Shown here piece after piece: positions 36,434 to 46,035 of a stretch of 64,000 nt of DNA. Positions within the stretch are counted from its first letter, which is position 1. Each line of letters opens with the position of its first letter. Under the pieces are notes generated by a model. It was not told the DNA's origin and made no database searches. It saw nothing but the letters and a program-made list of their open reading frames with translations. The stretch is from the IMG/VR virus record IMGVR_UViG_3300045988_144737; one strand, 5' to 3'. Made by a program: the position numbers and the translations under genes. The DNA is from a virus.

Positions 36434-37472
36434 GGATTTTGACGGTGATTTATTGTTCGTTTTAGACGAACCAACCATGATTAAAGGGGTTGATATGTCG
36501 ATTCCAGTAACTATGGATATTCAAGATAAAATAACTGTAGAACCAGATTATTATAATATTGATAGCATCGAAAAATTAATAATTAATAATTCTAGTAATA
36601 GAATTGGAGAATATTCTAACTACAGCAGTTGCTATCATAACAAGATGAAAAAAACAGAAAAAACAAAAAAAATACATGATGATTATATCTCTACGCTAAG
36701 TATTTTTGTTGGCAAAGAAGTTGATGCGTCAAAAACTGGGATAAGATTTAATTTACCAAAAGCAATTGCCAAGTATGCAAGACCAATTCCATACTTTATG
36801 AAGTATCGTAGTCCATATTATGCCACCTTAAGAGATTTTAATAAATACCGAAGTAATATGAACGCAATGTGTTTTAAAATAGAGAATTGGGAAAGAAAAA
36901 TAAAATACACAAGAACTTATGATAACTTTGATTATACTATTATGATAGATGAAGGTGTTGAGGATAATCAAGATGTTATGGGTAAAATAGAAAAGATTTA
37001 TTTAGAATTTGTTAACTTATCGCAAGATTTAATTATTGAACAACGTAATTTAAATACTTATGGAGACAATAGAATAAAACAAGTAAAGGATAAAAATAAT
37101 TTAACTATTAAAGAAGCCAAGGATTTGAATAGATATGAAAAAGCAAAAGAGTATATCCAAGATAATTATTTAAGTGTTAATAAAAGGTTTGCAAAAGAGT
37201 ATCAAGTTGATTGGGCTTATTATTATGAGGATTATAAAGACAAGTTGTTAAAAATTACAAGCAACAAAAAATTGATTGTAAATTGTATTGTTAAATTATG
37301 TTATGAGAAATATCCAAAAAAAAGCAAAAAGATTTTATGGGCGGTGGTTGGAGATTGGTTACCTAATAACATAGAAGCAGTCACTCATAATATACCATAT
37401 CGAGATGATAATGGTGATATTGAGATATTAGGAGAAAGATATTCATTAAAAGAAATTAAAAGCGAGGTGTAA
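36434..37472 (+). CDS. YonO/RdRP-like single-subunit RNA polymerase, exon 2
   Basis: Begins (M)DFDGDLLFVLDE, the double-psi beta-barrel metal-binding motif (compare NADFDGD of beta-prime and DLDGDLYFV of RdRPs). Confidence 0.7.
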
Positions 37473-37475
37473 GTT

Positions 37476-38105
37476 GTGACAAATGAAAGACTAAAAGTTA
37501 ACGATATATTAAATGGAGTTGACTTGAACGCTTATCATATGAGATATTATTGTACTTTACTCGTTAGGCATTATTATGGTTTGGGGATTAATGATGAGGT
37601 TGAAATTAGAAAGTTGATTTTTACTTGGGCTAACAAATATGGATTATATATAAAGCTAAGTGTCAAACATTTGATTAGAGATGTTCTTGAAAAATATGTA
37701 TCTATTGATAGTCATGATGGGGTGGTTAATATATCTAAGGATGATATAGAATATATTAAAACACAAAGCACTAAAAAATCAACAAGAAAATTAGCCTTAT
37801 TAATATTATGTTATGCTAAAGCATTTGCAAATAATGATGGTGATTTTGATGTTAATATTAGAATACTCTCTGAATGGGGAGGGTTAAATGTTAATAATGT
37901 TTATAATAGACAACTAAAAGAATTATTAGAGGTTGGTTATGTTGAAGATTTAGAAGAAATTCAAAAGTGGAAAGACTATATTCAAAAGTATACTAGAAAA
38001 CTAAGAATAAACTATAAATTAGATAACAATAATCCCGACTATATATTAAGAGACAATAATTTTATGAAATTCTATGGAGAAATTGATTGGGGAAAAAGAA
38101 AATAA
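37476..38105 (+). CDS. Hypothetical protein
   Basis: GTG start after GAGGTG, 209 aa. Confidence 0.45.
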   Translation: MTNERLKVNDILNGVDLNAYHMRYYCTLLVRHYYGLGINDEVEIRKLIFTWANKYGLYIKLSVKHLIRDVLEKYVSIDSHDGVVNISKDDIEYIKTQSTKKSTRKLALLILCYAKAFANNDGDFDVNIRILSEWGGLNVNNVYNRQLKELLEVGYVEDLEEIQKWKDYIQKYTRKLRINYKLDNNNPDYILRDNNFMKFYGEIDWGKRK

Positions 38106-38110
38106 TTTCA

Positions 38111-38147
38111 ATATACTTGATGAGCATATTTTTGCTCGTTGAGTATA
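38111..38147 (+). repeat. Imperfect hairpin, candidate left-end structure of IS200/IS605-type element 2
   Basis: ATATACTTGATGAGCA / TGCTCGTTGAGTATAT around a TATTT loop. Confidence 0.4.
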
Positions 38148-38266
38148 TTATGAATATACTATAATAAACACTCATTTTTGGAATTTATGGCTTAGGCGAT
38201 AACGCTTGCCATTTTAGTAGTGAAATGAATCACCAAAGAGAAAATATACATATAAGGTGATGAATA

Positions 38267-38323
38267 ATGGAAGTAACTCATGGGCGTGGATATGTATATT
38301 TAATGCAATGCTATATTGTTTGA
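38267..38323 (+). pseudogene. 18-codon stub resembling the N-terminus of a Y1 (IS200-type) TnpA
   Basis: MEVTHGRGYVYLMQCYIV* after AAGGTGA. Resembles the ..VVY.CKYHIVW.. start of HUH transposases. The rest is absent. Confidence 0.25.
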
Positions 38324-38347
38324 TGTGTGAAAAGCGAGGTAAAATCA

Positions 38348-39451
38348 ATGGAGAAAGCTTATAAATATAGGATTTATCCAAATAAAAAGCAAAAAGAAAT
38401 AATTGCTAAAACATTTGGTTCATGTAGATTTGTTTACAATAAATATTTAGCAAAACGCATTGAAATGTATGAAAATAATAAAGAAACATTTTCATATGTG
38501 CAATGTGCCAATGATATGAAACAACTTAAATCAAAATTAGAATGGTTGAAAGAAGTTGATTCCACTGCTCTCCAATCTTCTCTCAAAGACTTGGATATGG
38601 CTTATCAAAAGTTCTTCAAAGAACACTTTGGTTATCCTAAATTCAAATCTAAGAAAACACATAGATTTTCATATAAATCAAAATGTGTAAATAAAAATAT
38701 TCAGTATTGCGGAAAACATATTAAACTTCCAAAGTTAGGAATGGTAAAAACGAAAAACAAGTTGATACCACAAGGAAGAATACTCAATGCCACCGTTTCA
38801 CAAGAACCGAGTGGAAAATATTATGTGTCTATTTGTTGTATTGATGTTGATATTACTACATTAGAAAATACAAATAATTACATTGGATTAGATTTGGGAA
38901 TTAAAGAATTTTGCATCACAAGCGATGGAGAAATGATAGAAAATCCTAAGTATCTCAAGAAGTCATTAGATAAACTTGCAAAATTACAAAGAGAATTATC
39001 TCGAAAATCAAAAGGTAGTTCAAATCGTAATAAAGCAAGAATTAAGGTGGCAAGATTACAAGAGCATATTACTAATCAAAGAAAGGATTTTCTACATAAG
39101 TTGTCTACAAAAATAATTAGAAACAATGATATCGTGTGCATAGAAGACCTTCAAGTAAAGAATATGATTAAAAATCATAAACTTGCTCGTAGTATTGCGG
39201 ACGCATCATGGTCAGAATTTGTTAGACAATTGGAATATAAAGCAAATTGGTGTAATAGAAAAGTTATTAAAGTAGATAAATTCTTTGCAAGTTCTCAAAC
39301 TTGTAATGTATGTGGATATGTAAATAAGGGAACTAAAAATCTTAGTGTCAGAGAATGGGATTGTCCTTGTTGTCATACTCACCATGATAGAGATATAAAT
39401 GCTGCTATCAATATTTTTAATGAAGGATTAAGAATGTCGCAAGTAGCATAG
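38348..39451 (+). CDS. tnpB: TnpB (IS200/IS605 family RNA-guided RuvC nuclease, OrfB)
   Basis: [65 protein letters not shown] 38348 after GAGGT. Confidence 0.85.
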   Translation: MEKAYKYRIYPNKKQKEIIAKTFGSCRFVYNKYLAKRIEMYENNKETFSYVQCANDMKQLKSKLEWLKEVDSTALQSSLKDLDMAYQKFFKEHFGYPKFKSKKTHRFSYKSKCVNKNIQYCGKHIKLPKLGMVKTKNKLIPQGRILNATVSQEPSGKYYVSICCIDVDITTLENTNNYIGLDLGIKEFCITSDGEMIENPKYLKKSLDKLAKLQRELSRKSKGSSNRNKARIKVARLQEHITNQRKDFLHKLSTKIIRNNDIVCIEDLQVKNMIKNHKLARSIADASWSEFVRQLEYKANWCNRKVIKVDKFFASSQTCNVCGYVNKGTKNLSVREWDCPCCHTHHDRDINAAINIFNEGLRMSQVA

Positions 39452-39560
39452 TAACCATAAAGCTAGGGTTGGAATAATCCGAAGTTACGCCTGTGGAGAT
39501 AGAGGTTACGAAGTCTGTGAAACAGGAATCTTGTGGCTTTAGCCATAAGAGGTTCAAGCA
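39400..39560 (+). ncRNA. Candidate omegaRNA/right-end region of TnpB element 2
   Basis: Overlaps the tnpB 3' end. TTACGCCTGTGGAG (39485-98), hairpin CTTGTGGC-TTTA-GCCATAAG (39530-49), then AGGTTCAAGC. Ends are approximate. Confidence 0.45.
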
Positions 39561-39606
39561 TTTTCCAAAATATTTTGTCAATTTGTTTGTAGAAAGGAAG
39601 GGTTGT

Positions 39607-39915
39607 ATGAAACTAAACAAAGAAGATTTTGCAAGAAGATTAGCCGAAAATCTAAACACCACAATAGGAGATAGCAAATGGATTACTGATGTATTTTTAG
39701 AAACCATTGTAGAAGCCATGGAGCAAGGGAATACTATTATGTTCTCTGGTTTTGGTAAATTTTATACAGTAGACAAATCTCCACGCAGAGGGTTAGACTT
39801 GAATAAGAATGAAGTTATTGTGCCTGGATTTAAGGCGATGTTATTTAAACAAGGCGGTAATTTAAAAGAAAGGCTAACTAACTCAATGGGTGAATTACAT
39901 GAAGAAGATGAGTAA
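39607..39915 (+). CDS. HU/IHF-family DNA-binding protein
   Basis: MKLNKEDFARRLAE..ETIVEAMEQGNTIMFSGFGKFYTVDKSPRRGLDLNKNEVIVPGFKAMLFKQG is collinear with bacterial HU. ATG 39607 after GAAAGGAAGGG. Confidence 0.8.
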   Translation: MKLNKEDFARRLAENLNTTIGDSKWITDVFLETIVEAMEQGNTIMFSGFGKFYTVDKSPRRGLDLNKNEVIVPGFKAMLFKQGGNLKERLTNSMGELHEEDE

Positions 39916-41113
39916 AAATTATTTTCAAGGGAAAAATGAAAGTCGCTTTGACTATATTAAAAGAATGGTTCAAATGAGAAAAGATGGATTATTCAAAGGA
40001 AGTCATGCTGATTGGATAGAGATAGTATTTAATATAAGACATAGTGAAGATGTCGCACGTAGAGAATATTATGGTTGTAAAATGATGGTTAATGACTTGG
40101 AAGAAGAAATTGTTGAATCGTCTCCAAATGAAATTCAAGAAGCTATTATGCGTTCTAGTATTAGGCTCGAAAAAGAAAGAATTAAAATTAACGACGAGAA
40201 AAGATTGTTAAGAAGAATTAAGGTACAAGATGCTCGATATGAGCAAGCGTTTGATTTTGCGAGAGAATATGCTTTGATAATGAAAGATTCAAAGCCTTTT
40301 TTGACTTCTAATAATTTTAATTATAAAAAAAATATAAATGGTATGTATAAAGGCATTTTGTGTCTATCTGATTGGCATTATGGTATTGAGATTGATAATC
40401 ATATAAATAAATTCAATCCTCAAATTGCCAAAAAAAGAGTATCAAAAATATATGAGTCAGTTGTAAAAGATATTGATTTGTTTAAATTGGATGAATTAGT
40501 TATTGTAAATCTTAATGATTTGTGCAGTGGGATTATTCATCCTACTATTAGACTAGAAAATGTAAAAGATGTTATGGAGCAAGTTATGGAAGTATCTGAA
40601 ATGATAGCTGAGTTGATTTATAACATTAGTCAAACAGGGATTAATATTAGATACTATTCTACGTTGGATAACCATTCTAGGGTAATGCCAAATAAAAAAG
40701 AGTCTTTGGATGGCGAAAACTTTACAAGATTAATTGATTGGCATTTAAAGAACAGGTTTGAAGATGTTGATAATGTTGAAATTTTGGATAATGAATTAGA
40801 CGATGAGTATGCGACTTTTAAAGTTTATAATCATAATATCATTGCTAGTCATGGGCATAATGATAATCCTAAAAACTCGGTAAATACTTTATCAAGTTTA
40901 ATTCATAGAGATTTTGATTTACATATATTAGGTCATAGACATTCTCCAGCATTGAGTGAAAGTAACGAAAGAAGAACTATTGAAAATGGAACTTTAAGCG
41001 GAACAGACGCTCATGCTAAGAAATTTAGATTTTCTTCAACGCCAAGTCAAAACCTAATAATTGTATCAAAAGAAAATGTAAGTGAATATCTTAGAATTAT
41101 TAATTTAAAGTAA
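39899..41113 (+). CDS. Calcineurin-like metallophosphoesterase with an N-terminal extra domain
   Basis: LCLSDWHYG, VNLNDLCSG, ASHGHND, LGHRHSP motifs. The start is uncertain (39890 GTG / 39899 ATG / 39908 ATG). Confidence 0.55.
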   Translation: MKKMSKNYFQGKNESRFDYIKRMVQMRKDGLFKGSHADWIEIVFNIRHSEDVARREYYGCKMMVNDLEEEIVESSPNEIQEAIMRSSIRLEKERIKINDEKRLLRRIKVQDARYEQAFDFAREYALIMKDSKPFLTSNNFNYKKNINGMYKGILCLSDWHYGIEIDNHINKFNPQIAKKRVSKIYESVVKDIDLFKLDELVIVNLNDLCSGIIHPTIRLENVKDVMEQVMEVSEMIAELIYNISQTGINIRYYSTLDNHSRVMPNKKESLDGENFTRLIDWHLKNRFEDVDNVEILDNELDDEYATFKVYNHNIIASHGHNDNPKNSVNTLSSLIHRDFDLHILGHRHSPALSESNERRTIENGTLSGTDAHAKKFRFSSTPSQNLIIVSKENVSEYLRIINLK

Positions 41114-41149
41114 AAAGTGCGAAATTCTCTCTTCTATAAGTAGAGAATG

Positions 41150-41295
41150 GCTTAATATGTTAGTAATTATGGCTTTACGCCCTTGGCGATTGTTCATTTA
41201 TTAGGGTGGTGAACCCGAGTATATTGAGGAGGGTCGCTCCTTCCTTTATTTTGCACGTGCATGAAACAATCGCAGACCGTGTGTGGCGGTCTATT
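41150..41295 (+). other. GC-enriched structured intergenic element (candidate ncRNA or orphan IS right-end remnant)
   Basis: TTACGCCCTTGG (41175-86) identical to the TnpB-1 3'-region motif. Long-range stem GCGATTGTT (41186-94) / AACAATCGC (41265-73). Hairpin AGACCG-TGTGTGG-CGGTCT (41274-92). Confidence 0.4.
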
Positions 41296-41392
41296 GTTAA
41301 TAAATATACCACACATTAGTATAGTTTTATACCAAATTTAATTGTTTGGTGTAAATTTACAATTTCCATAAAGATTATAAGGAGGATAAAAT

Positions 41393-41677
41393 ATGGATAC
41401 AAGTATTATTTTAGAAATGATTAACCCTTATGTGTTCTTAGGTTGTGTAATGTTAGGATTTTTAATTAAACTATGGGTTGGATTAGATTGGGTAAATAAC
41501 AAATTAATTCCTACTATCTTAGCTGTAGTTGGTTGTGTCTCTTATTATTGTATTTACACTTCGATTGAAAAAGCAGTGATTGGTGCTTTTGTTGGAGTTA
41601 TGGCTACTGGTGGATTTGAATTAGTGAGAAATTTAATTACATTAGTTAGTGAAAAAGTAGATTCTAAAGAAATTTAA
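41393..41677 (+). CDS. Holin (three predicted TM segments)
   Basis: 94 aa, hydrophobic helices, charged C-terminus, directly upstream of the endolysin. AAGGAGGAT RBS. Confidence 0.65.
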   Translation: MDTSIILEMINPYVFLGCVMLGFLIKLWVGLDWVNNKLIPTILAVVGCVSYYCIYTSIEKAVIGAFVGVMATGGFELVRNLITLVSEKVDSKEI

Positions 41678-41742
41678 AAAATAACTAGTAGAAAGTAAAC
41701 TCTTTCTGCTAATACATAAAAAGAAAGGTGGTAGTGAATAAT

Positions 41743-42717
41743 ATGAATATTGGAATAAATGCAGGTCATACTAAAACGAGTCCTGGAAGTGGGGCAAACG
41801 GTATTATTAATGAAAGTAACGAAACTAGAGCAGTGTCTGCTCCTTTAATGGAAATGTTAAGAACAGCTGGTCATAACGTAGTAAATTGTACTATTGATAA
41901 AGCACCTAGTCAAAGTTCTTGTTTGAGTCAAATTGTTAATATGGCAAACAGAGATGATTTGGATTATTTTATCTCAATCCATTTTAATGCAGGCGGTGGT
42001 CGAGGAGTAGAAGTATATACTTATAACGGTAGACAATTTGCCGATGCTCTAGAGGTTTGCCAAAATATTTCAAATCTAGGATTTAAAAATCGTGGTGTAA
42101 AAGCTGGGAACGGTTTATATGTAATCAAAAAAACAAAAGCAAAATCTATGTTAATTGAAGTGTGCTTCGTTGATACAGAAGATGCTAATTATTATAAATC
42201 AATTGGGGCAACGGAAATCGCTCGAGCTATTTTTAACGCCATTGTGGATGTTAATAATGGTGGCGGTAGTCAAGCTACCCAAAATACTCAAACTAAGCCA
42301 CAAGCAAGCGGAAATGACTTAATTAGAGCAGGACAACAACATTCTATTAACTTTACAGGGCATATCATTAGTGTTGATGGAATTAAAGGTGGCGACACTT
42401 TAAGAAATGTTAGACGTTGTGTGCAACATGCTATTAATTTAGATTATGGAAAGCACCTTGACCCAGATGGTTATTTTCAAACAAAGTCAAAAGATGCTTT
42501 TGGTAAACACTATGTTAAACGAGGAGAAAAACAATACATGGTTACAGCTTTAGAAATTGCTTTAATGTGCCATGGGTATAATCCTAACGGTGTAGAGTGC
42601 CCAGGTCAATTTGGAAAAGGATTAGAAGCGTGTGTAAAACAATATCAACGTGACCATGGATTAAATCCTGATGGGGTAGCTGGAAGAAAAACTTTCTTTA
42701 GTTTAATGGGTATCTAA
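41743..42717 (+). CDS. Endolysin: N-acetylmuramoyl-L-alanine amidase (Amidase_3) plus C-terminal PG_binding_1 domain
   Basis: MNIGINAGHT..GANGIINESNE..SIHFNAGGG..MLIEVCFVDTEDA. C-terminal YQRDHGLNPDGVAGRKTF. ATG 41743 after AAAGGTGG. Confidence 0.8.
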   Translation: MNIGINAGHTKTSPGSGANGIINESNETRAVSAPLMEMLRTAGHNVVNCTIDKAPSQSSCLSQIVNMANRDDLDYFISIHFNAGGGRGVEVYTYNGRQFADALEVCQNISNLGFKNRGVKAGNGLYVIKKTKAKSMLIEVCFVDTEDANYYKSIGATEIARAIFNAIVDVNNGGGSQATQNTQTKPQASGNDLIRAGQQHSINFTGHIISVDGIKGGDTLRNVRRCVQHAINLDYGKHLDPDGYFQTKSKDAFGKHYVKRGEKQYMVTALEIALMCHGYNPNGVECPGQFGKGLEACVKQYQRDHGLNPDGVAGRKTFFSLMGI

Positions 42718-42719
42718 CA

Positions 42720-42965
42720 ATGTTAAAAAAAGAAATAGAAGTGAAAATATTGACATTTCTAGCATTATTATCTTTGTTACTTGGCATAAACTATACCAAG
42801 GTTAAACATGATAATGATGTTTTAAAACAAGAATTACAACAATCTCAAGAGGGCTTAAATAAAGCTAAGAGAGATGTTGAATATTATTCTAATCAATATA
42901 ATAAATATAGAGAACTATCTATTGAGTTGGAAAACCAAATTGGTGTGTATAGTTATGAACCATAA
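42720..42965 (+). CDS. Membrane-anchored coiled-coil protein (lysis accessory?)
   Basis: N-terminal TM ILTFLALLSLLLGI followed by a coiled coil. Confidence 0.4.
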   Translation: MLKKEIEVKILTFLALLSLLLGINYTKVKHDNDVLKQELQQSQEGLNKAKRDVEYYSNQYNKYRELSIELENQIGVYSYEP

Positions 42966-43149
42966 TAAAGTATGTTTAGCCGAAAATAATGTCGACATAT
43001 TTGGGAAAAATGTAAATCCATATTGCGAATATTATTTAATTTGCAAAAGCAACACTCATAGTGTAGTTTCTAATGGAGTGCAAGACTTCATTTTAAGTAA
43101 TAAGTTTATTATCTCCAAGGACTTGTTTTGTAAAATTAGTCCTTTTTAA
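42953..43149 (+). CDS. Hypothetical small protein
   Basis: ATG 42953 within ORF 42874..43149. Confidence 0.3.
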
Positions 43150-43169
43150 TATCACTTCCCTTTTAATTA

Positions 43170-43197
43170 TATGAGGAGTTTTTCCATTCTCCTCATA
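43170..43197 (+). terminator. 9-bp perfect hairpin after the lysis cassette
   Basis: TATGAGGAG / CTCCTCATA with 10-nt loop. No clear T-tract. Confidence 0.45.
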
Positions 43198-43245
43198 ATA
43201 CATAAAAATTGTAAGAATGTTTTTGGTGAAAGGAGGTCATTTTCA

Positions 43246-44190
43246 ATGGCTGTTAGTTCAAAAAAGAAATTAATTAATACAAAGCCACAAAAGGAAAAAT
43301 GGCGTTGTTTTCATTGCAAAGAAGAATTGGACGAGTCTAAATTTTATAAATCTCGTTCTAACGCTTTTTACATTATGCCAATTTGTAAGGAATGTACTAA
43401 AAAAATGTATATCCAAATGGTAAAAGAGTATGATAGCGTTCATAGAGCAATATTTAGATTGTGCGGTTTATTGGATGTTTATTATGATAAGAATTTAGTT
43501 GATTCGATTATCGATAAAGCGGTAGAAAAAGAGTGGGGAGAAGAACAAATCTTACCAGAATATATTAGATTTGTCAATAGTGCAACCCAATATCGTGGAT
43601 TAAACTTTTATAATAGTGACGAAAATAGGGGTTCAGTCGAAGATGTTCCTTTGGTGACTGTTGAAAAAGAGAATATGGAAGTTTGGGGCGGAGGTTATTC
43701 CGCCGAAGATTATAAAAGATTAAATCAATTGTATAAAAAATGGTCTGATGGTGTTCCATTAGATGATGTTATAAGTATATCATATATTAGAGATTTGTGC
43801 AGAGTGGAATTAAGTATTGAAAAATCTGTAATATCAAATGGTAAACCAACCGAATCGTTATTAAAACAAAAGTCATCAATTATTAAAGATATGGGCTTAG
43901 ACCCTGCAACTCTAAAGAAAAACAAAGAGGCAAGCGAGGGAAATAAGACATTTGGAAAATGGATTGATGATATTGAACAAAATATGCCTGCTGAGTTTTT
44001 CTCAGATAGAAATCTTTATAAAGACCATCAAGGTTTTGAAAAATACTTTAATTTACACATTGTTCGCCCTATAAAGAATTTATTATTGGGTCATAGAGAT
44101 TTTCCACACATTAACTACAATGAAGATGAAATTGATGGTAGTTTTGAGAATGATATGGAGATATCTTATGACAAATTCGAAGGTGAATAA
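43246..44190 (+). CDS. Putative terminase small subunit (Cys4 N-terminal region)
   Basis: ATG 43246 after AAAGGAGG, immediately upstream of and coupled to the large terminase. Call based on position only. Confidence 0.45.
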   Translation: MAVSSKKKLINTKPQKEKWRCFHCKEELDESKFYKSRSNAFYIMPICKECTKKMYIQMVKEYDSVHRAIFRLCGLLDVYYDKNLVDSIIDKAVEKEWGEEQILPEYIRFVNSATQYRGLNFYNSDENRGSVEDVPLVTVEKENMEVWGGGYSAEDYKRLNQLYKKWSDGVPLDDVISISYIRDLCRVELSIEKSVISNGKPTESLLKQKSSIIKDMGLDPATLKKNKEASEGNKTFGKWIDDIEQNMPAEFFSDRNLYKDHQGFEKYFNLHIVRPIKNLLLGHRDFPHINYNEDEIDGSFENDMEISYDKFEGE

Positions 44191-44192
44191 AT

Positions 44193-46022
44193 ATGGCTTT
44201 GTCTAAAAAAATGGCATCAAACAAGGATAAAATATCTTTATATGAAAGAAATAATGATAAAACCATTGAGAGATTAAGGCATTGGATTACTTTTTATAGA
44301 AGAAATGTAGAATTATTTGCTGAGCATTATTTGGGTATATCTTTATTTCCATTTCAAAAACTTGTATTACACTTAATGATGACAAATAATGTGTTTGTAT
44401 GGATAGCTGCTCGAGCCATAGGAAAGAGTTTCTTGACTGCGTTATTTATTTGTTGTTATGCAATATTATATCCTGGGGCTAGGATTGTTATCGTTGCATC
44501 AAAATTATCGCAAGCTGGATTGATTATTACCGAGAAGATAGAAAAAGAATTAATGAGAATGTCTCCCAATTTGCGTAGAGAAATACTTAAAATTACAACA
44601 GGTAATAACGAATATGAAGTTAAATTTAGAAACGGTTCTTCAATTATAGTAACAGCACATAATGATAATTCTCGTGGTTTGCGTTCGAATCTAATAATAC
44701 TAGAAGAGTTTAGAACTTTAAATAAAGGAATTGTTGACTCTGTAATTATTCCTTTTAATGTTCCTAGAAAACCACCATATATGTTGTTGAGTAAATATGA
44801 AAACTTAAAAGCTGAACAATCTAAAAAAATATATATATCTTCTGCTTATTGGAAGAGTAATTGGATGTGGAAACAAATTGTTGAAACATCTACTGACATG
44901 TTTAATGGGAAAAAGCGTTGTCTCGTGGCATTTGATATGTATCTAGCATTGGAACACCAATTAAAAACACCAGAGGATATTTTTGGAGAAAAAAGTACAA
45001 TGGATGACCTAACATTTAAGATGGAGTATGAAAACAGTATGATTGGAGAGTCTGGAGATTCATATTTTAAATTAGATGACATGGATATTAATAGAAGGCT
45101 TAGAGAGCCTTTTTATCCATATAGCAACGTTGAGATAGTTGGCAAGAGACATATTGATAATCCTTATAATAAAACAAGAAGTGATGACAATATTAGGATT
45201 GTTACAATTGATATCGCAACAAAAAAAGGTAAGAAAAACGATAACACCATTATAGGTTGCATTGAGGGAGATTTTGATGGAACTAGATATAAAAGAGATA
45301 TTGATTATATAGAAAGCCACAATGGTGCTACTGCGTCTCGTCAAGCACTTAGAATAAAACAATTGTATTATGAGTATGGAGCTGATTATTTGGTTATTGA
45401 TACTCAAAATGCTGGTATTACAGTTTATGATGAATTAACAAAAGAGATTATTGATGACATTACTGGCGAAGTTTATCCTGCTTGGACTATTATAGATGAT
45501 GATAAGTTACACGTTTTAAGCAAAGAAACTATAGGTGACTTAAGAGATAGGACGGTTGAAAGTGGGGCGTTGCCTGTCATCTTTCCAATTCAAGGCTCTT
45601 TGGCTTTGAATAGTAGGATTGCTGTAGATTTTAAGAAGCAATTAGATAATAACAGTATATCATTTTTAGTCAACGAACAAAGAGCAATAGATATTTTGAC
45701 TTCAAAGGATTCTTTGTTCAGGAATAATGATAATCCAAATTATAGAGCGTTAAAACTTGCTCCATATGTTCAAACATCAGAACTAATAGAAGAATGTATA
45801 AATTTAAGTATGGAGATACTTGGCGGAAACATTAGACTAACTGAACCAATCAATGGTCGAAAGGATAGGTATTCGTCAATATCTTATGGTAATTATTTTA
45901 TATCTTTAAAAGAGATAGGTAAATTAAAAGGTGGGAATAATTCATATTCTGCCGAAAAATTTAAAGAAGCTATGAAAACTCGTTCTACTAATAAGCGTAG
46001 AGTAGGGTTTAAATTTAGATAG
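44193..46022 (+). CDS. terL: Terminase large subunit
   Basis: Walker A-like WIAARAIGKSF, Walker B LIILEEF, 609 aa, followed by the portal. Confidence 0.8.
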   Translation: MALSKKMASNKDKISLYERNNDKTIERLRHWITFYRRNVELFAEHYLGISLFPFQKLVLHLMMTNNVFVWIAARAIGKSFLTALFICCYAILYPGARIVIVASKLSQAGLIITEKIEKELMRMSPNLRREILKITTGNNEYEVKFRNGSSIIVTAHNDNSRGLRSNLIILEEFRTLNKGIVDSVIIPFNVPRKPPYMLLSKYENLKAEQSKKIYISSAYWKSNWMWKQIVETSTDMFNGKKRCLVAFDMYLALEHQLKTPEDIFGEKSTMDDLTFKMEYENSMIGESGDSYFKLDDMDINRRLREPFYPYSNVEIVGKRHIDNPYNKTRSDDNIRIVTIDIATKKGKKNDNTIIGCIEGDFDGTRYKRDIDYIESHNGATASRQALRIKQLYYEYGADYLVIDTQNAGITVYDELTKEIIDDITGEVYPAWTIIDDDKLHVLSKETIGDLRDRTVESGALPVIFPIQGSLALNSRIAVDFKKQLDNNSISFLVNEQRAIDILTSKDSLFRNNDNPNYRALKLAPYVQTSELIEECINLSMEILGGNIRLTEPINGRKDRYSSISYGNYFISLKEIGKLKGGNNSYSAEKFKEAMKTRSTNKRRVGFKFR

Positions 46023-46035
46023 AAAGGAGGACACA

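Noticed and set aside
36065-36478. 137-aa minus-strand ORF spanning the HNH gene end and the intron 3' core
   Set aside because: Antisense to the HNH gene and to the structured intron RNA, crosses the splice site, no RBS.
39417-39719. 100-aa minus-strand ORF, and the 5' extension of ORF 39493..39915
   Set aside because: They overlap the putative omegaRNA/right end. The HU homology begins only at the ATG at 39607, which has a good SD.
43171-43245. Upstream extension of the small-terminase ORF (start at 43171)
   Set aside because: The extension runs through the 9-bp terminator hairpin. The ATG at 43246 has AAAGGAGG at ideal spacing.
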